Of a DNA stretch of 64,000 bases, positions 49,636 through 58,458 are shown in pieces. The position numbers were made by a program, and so were the translations under genes. Within the stretch, counting starts at the first letter, position 1. Each line of letters begins with the position of its first letter. The stretch is from an uncultured euryarchaeote (lineage in GTDB: Archaea > Thermoplasmatota > Poseidoniia > Poseidoniales > Poseidoniaceae). The DNA is taken from positions 32,001 through 96,000 of the forward strand of contig CALBRH010000025.1 in the NCBI GenBank assembly GCA_937899865.1, given 5' to 3'. The notes beneath the pieces are model-generated. The model saw only the letters and a list, made by a program, of their open reading frames with translations, searched no databases and had not been told where the DNA came from.

Positions 49636-50356
49636 TGATCCATTGAATTTCCCCCATAAGCCGGTTGAAGACGGTTTTGCCTTTGATGTAGAAACAGATT
49701 CACTCGCCGATACGATGGGACTTAGATTGCCTAATCGCTCACTATACGTCTTACAGGGTGTAGTCGGTGCAGGAAAATCACTAATATCTCAAAGATTAGT
49801 TCACGGAATGCTTGACAACGGCGTGAAAGTTTTAGTTGTAACAACAGAATTGACCACTCGAGGCTGGATAGAACAGATGGAATCGATTGGTTACGGCATT
49901 ACAGATGCGTTGCGTGAAGGCCGTTTGATGGTTTTCTCGCGGTTCGGTACAGTTGCAGAAGCCAGAGCAGAAGTTGGTCTTGAAGAGGTATTGAACAGCG
50001 AAGCTGTTGGCGAGGCTGATGTTGTCATACTTGATTCAGCAAGTGCCTTGATGCCTGACAACCTTGACGATAAACAGCGTTTTGATTTAATGCAGAAATT
50101 GAGAAAAATTACCGCTGAAGGGCGTTCAGTAATGTTATGTGTTGACCCTGATGAAATGGATCACAAATTGTTGCATAATATGAGGGCTTCTTCAGAAGTA
50201 GTACTCGACCTTTCCACAGCATTAATCGGTGGCGATTTGAAAAGAAATATTGTTGTAACTAGATTCCTAAGAGCAGCAGGTCCAGTTCAAACAAGCGTTG
50301 GTTGGCGTGTTGAGCCAAGTATGGGCTTCATCGTAGATATTACTGCAGTTAGTTGA
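49625..50356 (+). CDS. arlH: Archaellum RecA-family ATP-binding protein ArlH (FlaH)
   Basis: GVVGAGKS Walker A, VVILDS, C-terminal WRVEPSMGFIVDI. Confidence 0.92.
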   Translation: MNYDDPLNFPHKPVEDGFAFDVETDSLADTMGLRLPNRSLYVLQGVVGAGKSLISQRLVHGMLDNGVKVLVVTTELTTRGWIEQMESIGYGITDALREGRLMVFSRFGTVAEARAEVGLEEVLNSEAVGEADVVILDSASALMPDNLDDKQRFDLMQKLRKITAEGRSVMLCVDPDEMDHKLLHNMRASSEVVLDLSTALIGGDLKRNIVVTRFLRAAGPVQTSVGWRVEPSMGFIVDITAVS

Positions 50357-50367
50357 GAGGAGTTATC

Positions 50368-52086
50368 ATGGCAGAAGAATCAAGATTTGCAAAGGGCGAC
50401 CTTAATGGCGTCATGGCGGCCTATCCGCATGTTGCAGATTGGATTCGAGATTTCGAATCTCGTTATGGTTCACGCCCTATTTACTACGGTCCTTTGGATA
50501 GAGATGCCAAGAAGACGAGACCTTACAATTTGATTTACTTGGCTAAAGAGCCAATTTTTATTCACATTTATGAACCACCAGAAGATGATGAAGGTAATGG
50601 AGGTCAAATCCTATGGTTTGGTCTTGAACCGCAACTTTCTGAAGAAGAAGAAAATATGCGTCGAGAATTAGTTGAAACATTGTTACAAGAAGCACCAACT
50701 GCTCCGACTTTTACCACTGATGGCGAATTTGAAAATATTTTGACTCAAATGATAGAGCGCTATTCCGTTCTTGAAAGCGAAGTTGGTGTCACCCCAAGGC
50801 GACAAGGTCGTTTATGGGAAATGGTTGGTATGGATGACAAGCGTGTTGTAGTTGATACAGAACAAAGAGAGCGTCTAAAATATATTATTATTCGAGATTT
50901 AATTAAGAATGGACCACTAGAGCCACTACTTTCTGATGAGATGCTGGAAGATATTCACTCCGTAGGATTGAAGCATATCCATATGGATCACAAAGTATTC
51001 GGGATGGTGACCTCTAATATTAGATTTAGAGAACGTGAGATGTTATCTCGCTATCTAAGGGCCATGTCAGAACGTATTGGCCGTCCAGTTTCTGACAACA
51101 AACCAATTATTGACGGTGCGTTGCTTGACGGTTCACGTATCAATATCATATTCTCTGATGACGTATCTATGCTAGGTCCGTCATTCACAATCCGTAAATT
51201 CGCTGAAGAAACAATTTCAATTATCCAACTAATCAAATGGGGTACAATTTCCTCGCAAGTAGCTGCATATATCTGGATTTGTCTTGAGTACGGTATGTCT
51301 GTTTTGGTATCTGGTGAAACAGCATCAGGTAAAACGACAACACTTAACGCGATTCTACCATTTATTGACCACAATGTCAAAATCTATTCCGCTGAAGATA
51401 CTCCTGAGGTAAAGGTCAGGCACAAGATTTGGCAGAGATTAGTCACACGTGATTCCAAGAATGAAGAATCAAGAGTTGAGATGTTCGATTTGCTGAAGGC
51501 TGCACTACGAAGTCGTCCAAGATACATCATCATCGGTGAAATTCGTGGAGTAGAGGGTGCGACAGCTTTCCAAGCGATGCAGACTGGCCACCCGGTTATC
51601 GCGACTTTCCACGCATCATCAATCGTTAAGATGATTCAGAGATTCACTGGTGACCCAATCAATGTTCCAATTCGTTTCTTTGACAACTTGAACTTCGCTA
51701 TTTTCCAAGAAGTAGTTGAAGCACCTGGTGGCGGTATTGCTCGACGTGTAACCGGTATCGATGAGGTAATTGGTTACAATAAACACAGTGACGGTGTTCT
51801 AACTCGTGGTATGTTCGAGTGGGACCCTGTCAAAGACAAACACTATTTCCGCGGTATGTTCCAAAGCCACTTGTTAGAAAACAAGATTGCTGCTATGGCT
51901 GGATTTTCCAATAAGAGGGATATCTATGATGAAATGTTGAGAAGAGCTGCCTCTTTGGAAAGGATGGCTGAAAGAGATTTAACACATTATGATGATGTGT
52001 TTGACTTGCTTGGCATTTACTACAATAATGGATTCGAAGCCTTCGACCGAGCAGTTGACACTTGGACAGGGGTCAATCACGGTTAG
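50368..52086 (+). CDS. arlI: Archaellum assembly/motor ATPase ArlI (FlaI)
   Basis: GETASGKTT, SAEDTPE, LRSRPRYIIIGEIRG, GHPVIATFHA; SD GAGGAG at 50357-50362. Confidence 0.96.
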   Translation: MAEESRFAKGDLNGVMAAYPHVADWIRDFESRYGSRPIYYGPLDRDAKKTRPYNLIYLAKEPIFIHIYEPPEDDEGNGGQILWFGLEPQLSEEEENMRRELVETLLQEAPTAPTFTTDGEFENILTQMIERYSVLESEVGVTPRRQGRLWEMVGMDDKRVVVDTEQRERLKYIIIRDLIKNGPLEPLLSDEMLEDIHSVGLKHIHMDHKVFGMVTSNIRFREREMLSRYLRAMSERIGRPVSDNKPIIDGALLDGSRINIIFSDDVSMLGPSFTIRKFAEETISIIQLIKWGTISSQVAAYIWICLEYGMSVLVSGETASGKTTTLNAILPFIDHNVKIYSAEDTPEVKVRHKIWQRLVTRDSKNEESRVEMFDLLKAALRSRPRYIIIGEIRGVEGATAFQAMQTGHPVIATFHASSIVKMIQRFTGDPINVPIRFFDNLNFAIFQEVVEAPGGGIARRVTGIDEVIGYNKHSDGVLTRGMFEWDPVKDKHYFRGMFQSHLLENKIAAMAGFSNKRDIYDEMLRRAASLERMAERDLTHYDDVFDLLGIYYNNGFEAFDRAVDTWTGVNHG

Positions 52087-52097
52087 GAGGTTTGAGT

Positions 52098-53900
52098 ATG
52101 GAGAGAATGCCGATCTGGCAAGTAGCGGTTAGACGGCTTGAAATGCCGATTGCGCGTTTCTTATTCATCTTCGTAGGCGGTGCTACATTTGCTGGATTGT
52201 TGGCTGCGTTAGCTCTTATTTTCTTCACCGGTGGATTAGGTGAAGGAGCGTTATTCCAAGGCTTTGCTGGAATTTTAATGATCATTGTTTTTCCTTTGAT
52301 TTGTGCCCTTGCTGCATTAGCATTTCCACTACTTGAAGTTCAACGCTCAGCCACTAGAATAGAGAAAGAAATGCATATGTTCATTACAAGAATGGGTATA
52401 CTTTCTCTTGGAGAAGTAGGCGCAAAATCAATTTTTGATATTCTCAAGCAGATGTCAGATTATGGAGAATTGGCCTCTGAAGTAAAGCGTATTGAGACAT
52501 TGGTAGACAAGTGGCATACATCTTTACCAGAGGCAGCCAGAATTGTTGCACATCAAAGTCCAAGCCCATTGTGGACCGATTTTCTCGACAGAATGGCGTT
52601 TTCAATTGAAGCGGGTCAGCCAATCGATGAGTTTATGCGTGCTGAACAAGAAACAGTTGCTGAGCAATATAACACTCTTTACGATACAAGATTAGAATCA
52701 GTTGATACGCTCAAGGAGATTTATGTCTCATTAGTTTCAGCAGGCTTATTTGCTTTGGTTATCGCTGGCATACATCTTGTTCTGTTTGAGGTTGGCTCAC
52801 CCGATGCAGAACCGATTGAGATTTTTAGTAGAATTAGATTCTTGCTACTTGCGGGACTTGTTTTTGTTATTGTCCAAATTGGTGCAATGTTTGCTTTTAG
52901 AGCAACAATACCCGAAGACCTAACCTTTGCTAGAGATGATATGGATACGCCATTTAGAATCAATTTCCGGCGAGCTTTTTTGGTGGCAGGTGCATTTTCA
53001 ATCTTACTTTCAGTAGTCATGTCGATAGCTGTAATGTCTGCTTGGGAGGTGCTAAGTGACCAATGGGATAAGTATGGATTACTGGTTTTTGCGATTCCTC
53101 TAACTCCACTACTATTTCCAGCATTTATGATAGGTCGAGAAGAAAAAATGGTTTTACGTAGAGATGAAACATATCCTGATTTTATTAGGGCTCTTGGAGG
53201 AACTGCTCAGGCTAGGTCTTCTGAACCATCTGCAACTATCAAGGCGCTGCGAGGTATTGATTTTGGTATGTTAGATAATTCAATTGACAGACTCGAAAAG
53301 CGGCTTTCGACAAGAATTGATTCGGATAGAGCTTGGGATTACTTCAACGCTGATACAAATTCAGCGGTTATTTCTCGCTACATGAGAATTTACATCGAGG
53401 GTTCACAGTCATCTGGTAGGCCAGCGGAAACCGCTGAGATGGTCAGCCGATCTGTTGGTAGTTTACTGTCTCTAAGGCGAAGACGTGCACTTTCTGCCAG
53501 TACTATGTGGGGTGTTGCAATCGGTTTGTTAGTCGCTAGTGTAACAAGCCTCAACGTAACAATTTCAATTGTTTTGCAACTTGGAGATGCGATTGCTGGC
53601 GTGGCAAGTGGACTTGCAGATACTGATGTTTCAGCCCTTTCTGACTTTGGTGGAGGTGTTGCATTGCCGGTTATGGAGGATGCTAGTTCGGTCGGAGAAA
53701 ATATTAGGATGTTCAAAATTGTAGTATCGATTTTGGTTCTCATTCAGGTTGCAGCTGTCTCTTACATAGCCACAAGATTGCGTGGTGGTGGTATTACTAG
53801 TTCGTTAGGACAAATGATTTCCTTATTGTGGATTGCCGGTATTACTTCTTTACTTACGGCATTTATACTTGAAGCAGCATCTTCAATATTCTCGGTCTAA
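52098..53900 (+). CDS. arlJ: Archaellum platform membrane protein ArlJ (FlaJ)
   Basis: Multi-TM; two T2SSF-like cytoplasmic domains (MHMFITRMGIL..., YPDFIRALG); SD AGGAGGT at 52085-52091. Confidence 0.92.
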   Translation: MERMPIWQVAVRRLEMPIARFLFIFVGGATFAGLLAALALIFFTGGLGEGALFQGFAGILMIIVFPLICALAALAFPLLEVQRSATRIEKEMHMFITRMGILSLGEVGAKSIFDILKQMSDYGELASEVKRIETLVDKWHTSLPEAARIVAHQSPSPLWTDFLDRMAFSIEAGQPIDEFMRAEQETVAEQYNTLYDTRLESVDTLKEIYVSLVSAGLFALVIAGIHLVLFEVGSPDAEPIEIFSRIRFLLLAGLVFVIVQIGAMFAFRATIPEDLTFARDDMDTPFRINFRRAFLVAGAFSILLSVVMSIAVMSAWEVLSDQWDKYGLLVFAIPLTPLLFPAFMIGREEKMVLRRDETYPDFIRALGGTAQARSSEPSATIKALRGIDFGMLDNSIDRLEKRLSTRIDSDRAWDYFNADTNSAVISRYMRIYIEGSQSSGRPAETAEMVSRSVGSLLSLRRRRALSASTMWGVAIGLLVASVTSLNVTISIVLQLGDAIAGVASGLADTDVSALSDFGGGVALPVMEDASSVGENIRMFKIVVSILVLIQVAAVSYIATRLRGGGITSSLGQMISLLWIAGITSLLTAFILEAASSIFSV

Positions 53901-53943
53901 TGAGATTGTCAAGTATTATAGATTGATTTTACAATCACCAATT

Positions 53944-54384
53944 ATGCAACCGGCACCCGGACCCCCTGTACAAGCCCCCGCACCTCAACCTATGCAGCCA
54001 ATGGCAGCATACCAACCACAACCAAAATTTCTTGATAAGTATGGCACTTACACCTTTAGTAAGTGGCTGATGATTGGCGCAGTATTGATTGTTATCGGAG
54101 CGATGTTTACTCAGGTGACAGATTTGGTTGGTGCGCCTAATCCTGCAGATTATGATGATGCAGGTAAGTATGCTGAAGATCAATTCTCACATGAGAAACT
54201 TGGCACAACACTTGGAGCGTTTGCAAATATGTTGCAATCAATAGGTTTGGGTCTAATTGGTTACGGCCTACTTAGAGAAGCCAGTGAAGGAGATGCTCAC
54301 CACACAGCAGTTAGAGTGACAGCAGTAATCACTGGTGTATTGGTAATTGGAAATATTGCAGCAGCGAATATATTGCCAATTTGA
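53944..54384 (+). CDS. Hypothetical membrane protein, Pro/Gln-rich N-terminus, 3 TM
   Basis: ATG 53944; hydrophobic segments; co-oriented after arlJ. Confidence 0.6.
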   Translation: MQPAPGPPVQAPAPQPMQPMAAYQPQPKFLDKYGTYTFSKWLMIGAVLIVIGAMFTQVTDLVGAPNPADYDDAGKYAEDQFSHEKLGTTLGAFANMLQSIGLGLIGYGLLREASEGDAHHTAVRVTAVITGVLVIGNIAAANILPI

Positions 54385-55035
54385 TTAACGTTTCATTTCT
54401 TCATTGATTCGTTTTTTAGTTGCAGCCCATGAACAGATAGGACACTGGGTTAAGTCGTGATTTCTTGCTGGACAGTATTCCCTGCCAAAGAAAATAATTT
54501 GCAGGTGTAATTTATTCCACAATTCTTTGGGAAAAATAGCTTTCAAATCCTTCTCGGTTTTCTCCACATTCTTGCCGTTAGATAATCCCCATCTTGCTGC
54601 AAGTCTGTGAATGTGAGTATCGACGGGGAATGCAGGTATCCCAAATGATTGTGCCATTACTACACTGGCAGTTTTATGACCAACACCAGGTAGATCTTCT
54701 AATGCTTCAAAAGATGCAGGAACTTCTCCATCATACTTTTCAATCAATATTTCAGATAGGCGGCGAATATTCTTTGCTTTGGTTGGTGCAAGTCCAACTT
54801 GTCGTATGTCTTCAAGAATCACTTCAACAGGTAACTTAGCCATCTCTTTGGCAGTTGGTGCTTTAGCAAATAGTGCTGGAGTGACTTCATTGACTTTCAA
54901 ATCAGTAGTTTGAGCACTCATCAAAACAGCGACTAATAATTGAAAGGCATTTTCATGGTCGAGTGGAACTGGTGTTTCGGGGTATAATTCTTCGAGCATC
55001 ACTGCGATACGTTCTGCCTTGTCTATACGTTTCAT
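54385..55035 (-). CDS. nth: Endonuclease III (HhH-GPD glycosylase/AP lyase)
   Basis: LLVAVLMSAQTTD, LPGVGHKTA, FPVDTHIHRL. Confidence 0.95.
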   Translation of the reverse strand: MKRIDKAERIAVMLEELYPETPVPLDHENAFQLLVAVLMSAQTTDLKVNEVTPALFAKAPTAKEMAKLPVEVILEDIRQVGLAPTKAKNIRRLSEILIEKYDGEVPASFEALEDLPGVGHKTASVVMAQSFGIPAFPVDTHIHRLAARWGLSNGKNVEKTEKDLKAIFPKELWNKLHLQIIFFGREYCPARNHDLTQCPICSWAATKKRINEEMKR

Positions 55036-55341
55036 TCACTCGCCTCTTCGCTTGAGGATTTCAGGTGGTATTCGATAAGTGTAGTCGATTGATTCGCCTA
55101 AAAGAGTGATTGCTGTATTTGAAAAAATAACCTTACTTACCATAGAATCGATACCGTGAAGCGGCATTGATGCAGAAAACTGGCCATTAGAATAGATGGC
55201 AATTCCCGTTTCGACATCAGGTGCTCTAGAAGTGAATGATGCCATTTCTTCATTGTGAAGTACCGTTCCCAAACCATCGAAAATCTGAGTGAACTTTACT
55301 ATTATCTTGTCCCATTGTTCAATAGCAAATTCTTCATCCAT
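55036..55341 (-). CDS. Hypothetical protein
   Basis: ATG 55341 with SD-like GAGGA; fills the gap between neighbours. Confidence 0.55.
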   Translation of the reverse strand: MDEEFAIEQWDKIIVKFTQIFDGLGTVLHNEEMASFTSRAPDVETGIAIYSNGQFSASMPLHGIDSMVSKVIFSNTAITLLGESIDYTYRIPPEILKRRGE

Positions 55342-55349
55342 GACAATCC

Positions 55350-55547
55350 TCAACCTTCGTACTCGCCACCAGTAAGCCAACCAAAAGCCAAGCCCAAACC
55401 AACTGAAATCATTGGTATAACATTACAAATCAATGTTTCCAATGGCTCAGTATTAGGCTTGCCAGCAATGTACCAGATAATCAATGCAAGAAACATTCCC
55501 GGTAACACCATAGAAGCACCCATGATCATGGTTCGTAATGTTCGCAT
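55350..55547 (-). CDS. Small 2-TM membrane protein
   Basis: 65 aa, two hydrophobic helices, SD GAGGAAGTGG upstream. Confidence 0.55.
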   Translation of the reverse strand: MRTLRTMIMGASMVLPGMFLALIIWYIAGKPNTEPLETLICNVIPMISVGLGLAFGWLTGGEYEG

Positions 55548-55583
55548 AATATCTCCACTTCCTCGTATTTGATGAATGTATGT

Positions 55584-57521
55584 TCACGAAAGGCGCGCAG
55601 CCATAGCATCTGCAGATAGTGAATTCAGAATATCATCCACTTCAAGCCAGCCTTTCCTTGCTGTCATTACACCGTATGCAAAATCACTCAAGCCACGTAC
55701 TGAGTGAGCATCTGGATTAATTATGACAGGGACATTGTTAGTCTTTGCATATTTACAAAGCCGCCAATCTAAATCCAGTCGATACGGACTTGCATTCAAT
55801 TCCACTGCTTTTAGTCGACCTGCTTCATTGTGTTCAGCCATATGATCGATTATGGCAAACATATCAACTTCGTAACCATCTCTGCCCTGTAAGATTCTTC
55901 CTGTTGGATGTCCAAGAACATTGGTAGCAGGATGGTCGATACAGCGAATTAATTCTTCAGTATTGGTGACTTCATCACGATTTTTCCATTTGGTCATAGC
56001 GTGAACTGATGCCACAACATAATCTAATTCAGCCAATACATTGTCAGGATGGTCCAACTTCCCACCTTCCAAAATATCAGATTCTACCCCATGGAATAAT
56101 CTGAAATCGACTCCCTCATTTGCCCATGCAGCATTATACTGCTTGATTTTCTTACCTTGGTCAAGTAGGTCTTCAGCACTTGCTCCGTTAGCCACCTTCA
56201 GAGATGGCGAGTGGTCAGCAACACCTAACCATTTCCAGCCAATATTACGAGCCGCATCAGCCATTTCCTCCAATGTTGCATCACCATCGGATAGAGTAGT
56301 GTGGTTATGTAAAGCGCCCTTGACATCAGATGGGACAATCAATCTTGGCAATAAGTCATCATTTGCTGCTGCTATCTCACCAGTATCTTCTCTAAGTTCT
56401 GGCGGCACCCAATCAAGTTCTAAGTGCCGGTAAATTTCACCTTCATCAACAGCTGGCAAAGATAGATGGGCAGCAGCCATGCCTTTCAGTTCACCAGCCT
56501 CTGCCTCAGGTATAAGGCCAAATTCACTCAATCTCAAACCACGGTCTATCGCTCTTTGACGCATGACAATGTTGTGTTCTTTACTACCGGTGAAGTATGC
56601 TAAAGTAAATGGGAATACTTCAGGAGTAACCAATCTAACTTGAGCATCAATAGTTCCGCCGGATTCGAGTTGCTCGTAATCATCGCCTCCAATAGCATCC
56701 ATGACATTCGGATCAATATGACCTATAGTGAAACCGCCATCGAAAATACTGGTATCAAGTATGAGACTTATTTTTGAATCTCCTGCACCTTTTACATCAG
56801 CTATTCCAGGTAATGCTAAGATTGCTTTACTAACTTGTTCTTTGTTTTCATCAAGCACTCCAACTACTACATCAAGGTCGCCAATAGTTTCTCTTCGACG
56901 ACGAGCACTACCGGCTAACTGTGCTTTGATAACACCATCAATTGAGGCGATTTTTTGCTCGAATGCTTCACCATACATTAGCCCAACATCAAGGCGACGA
57001 CGAGATCGAAATCTTGCTAATAGTTCGATACCGTCTAGCATTTTCTGTTGTGATTTAGCACCGAAACCCTTCAAACTTGCAATTGCATCATCTTCTGCTG
57101 CCTGTTTTAGTGTAGCGATAGAGTCGATGCCCAATTCTTCGTTCATTATCTTGATTCGCTTTGGACCAAGGCCGGGAATGCCAAGCATTTCAATAAGTCC
57201 AGGAGGCGTATTATTGTGTAAATCGATCCAGTCATTTGGCCAACGTCCTTCGCCAACTGCTTGAGATATTGCCGAACCTAATCCTTTGCCTATACCTTTG
57301 ATTTCGAATAACTGGCCAGTTGCGACAAGTTCTCCAAGGTCCTCTGTAATGCTACCAAGAGTTCTACTGGCATTTTGATAAGAACGGAGTCTAAACACAT
57401 TAGCTCCTTGTAGTTCGAGTAATACTGCTACTTGATGTAGAGCTGCTGCAATTTGGTTGCGAGAAAAATATGGCGGACCGCTGGGTCTCGGCTTAGGTAA
57501 TGAGAAATTTCCGCCTGCCAT
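55584..57521 (-). CDS. polX: DNA polymerase X family / PHP 3'-5' exonuclease fusion
   Basis: GANVFRLRSY, IPGLGPKR, AGSARR...IGDLD, FTGSKEHN, LHNHTTLSDG, ADHS, GHPTGR, ELNA, INPDAH. Confidence 0.93.
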   Translation of the reverse strand: MAGGNFSLPKPRPSGPPYFSRNQIAAALHQVAVLLELQGANVFRLRSYQNASRTLGSITEDLGELVATGQLFEIKGIGKGLGSAISQAVGEGRWPNDWIDLHNNTPPGLIEMLGIPGLGPKRIKIMNEELGIDSIATLKQAAEDDAIASLKGFGAKSQQKMLDGIELLARFRSRRRLDVGLMYGEAFEQKIASIDGVIKAQLAGSARRRRETIGDLDVVVGVLDENKEQVSKAILALPGIADVKGAGDSKISLILDTSIFDGGFTIGHIDPNVMDAIGGDDYEQLESGGTIDAQVRLVTPEVFPFTLAYFTGSKEHNIVMRQRAIDRGLRLSEFGLIPEAEAGELKGMAAAHLSLPAVDEGEIYRHLELDWVPPELREDTGEIAAANDDLLPRLIVPSDVKGALHNHTTLSDGDATLEEMADAARNIGWKWLGVADHSPSLKVANGASAEDLLDQGKKIKQYNAAWANEGVDFRLFHGVESDILEGGKLDHPDNVLAELDYVVASVHAMTKWKNRDEVTNTEELIRCIDHPATNVLGHPTGRILQGRDGYEVDMFAIIDHMAEHNEAGRLKAVELNASPYRLDLDWRLCKYAKTNNVPVIINPDAHSVRGLSDFAYGVMTARKGWLEVDDILNSLSADAMAARLS

Positions 57522-57620
57522 GTACTAAACAAAGCCAAGTTGTTCTCAAACCTTGTCATAAGTTATAGAGGTGTATTTTGACATAACCGTGCTTAAGAAC
57601 ATCAAACAACAGGGTGCTCC

Positions 57621-57953
57621 ATGGCAGGTGTTGATCCAGTATTCATCGAGCACCTTGCCGAAGCATTGTGCGGTATATCAGCCGTCTTGTTTACCTTTAT
57701 TGCAACCTTTTCTCGTTCGGAAAAAGCAGAGTATATGGCGCAAAATGTAATTGCTATATCTCTAATTTTGTGCGCTATTGTTCTGTGGTGGCTCTCCTTA
57801 TCAGGTGGCTCTCTTTGGGGCTCAAATTATTTGCCAAAGCCGTTATCTTTAGTTTGTGTAATCATTGCATTTTCTGCCAGAATGAATATCAAAGGCACCA
57901 ATATCTCATTTGGTGCTAATCCGCATTCGATTGGTAAAAAAGAACAGGAGTAG
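57621..57953 (+). CDS. Small 3-TM membrane protein
   Basis: Three hydrophobic helices; CTTAAG 23 nt upstream. Confidence 0.6.
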   Translation: MAGVDPVFIEHLAEALCGISAVLFTFIATFSRSEKAEYMAQNVIAISLILCAIVLWWLSLSGGSLWGSNYLPKPLSLVCVIIAFSARMNIKGTNISFGANPHSIGKKEQE

Positions 57954-57954
57954 G

Positions 57955-58296
57955 TCAAATTATTTCGCCACGAGGTTCGTGGTCACCATCAGAGGTTAAG
58001 TTTTGATTCTCTTGTGATGATTCTTTTTCCATCTTCTTTTTTATGAAGTCACGCATGTATTCTGGTAACTCGCCGTTGACAAAGATAACATCATTGACCG
58101 CGTCAAGTTTCATCAGTGAATAGAAAATTTGCATTGCAGTCATCGGAGTCGATGAACAACCATTACAACCACCATCAAGTGATAACATGATGTTGCCATC
58201 AGCAGTATCAATGACAGTAACAACACCATCGTGTGCGTCAAGAACTTCTTGGACAGGTCCAATCTCTGCCAGAATCTCCTCCGCGGTGATTGCCAT
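57955..58296 (-). CDS. NifU/Nfu-like Fe-S carrier domain protein
   Basis: VLDAHDGVV...LSLDGGCNGCSS (Nfu CxxC). Confidence 0.8.
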   Translation of the reverse strand: MAITAEEILAEIGPVQEVLDAHDGVVTVIDTADGNIMLSLDGGCNGCSSTPMTAMQIFYSLMKLDAVNDVIFVNGELPEYMRDFIKKKMEKESSQENQNLTSDGDHEPRGEII

Positions 58297-58458
58297 GGTA
58301 AGGCGAGGAAGCCGTCTTTAATGAATCATTTCTTAGTAATTTAAAGAAAACAGTATTCGGCGATAGGAAAAGTAGTCTGCAATCGTGTATTAATGCGGGA
58401 TTAACAGGCGAACCACTTATGAGGAGTTCGTCGGTCGCCGGCTCAATAGGTGTTTATT

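Noticed and set aside
58358-58440. Possible fluoride (crcB) or Mn (yybP-ykoY) riboswitch before hppA (GGCGAT start, AGTAG motif)
   Set aside because: Lacks the adjacent GTTCGCC and CTxATGA of crcB and the 3' GAGAC of yybP; kept only as an unassigned structured leader.
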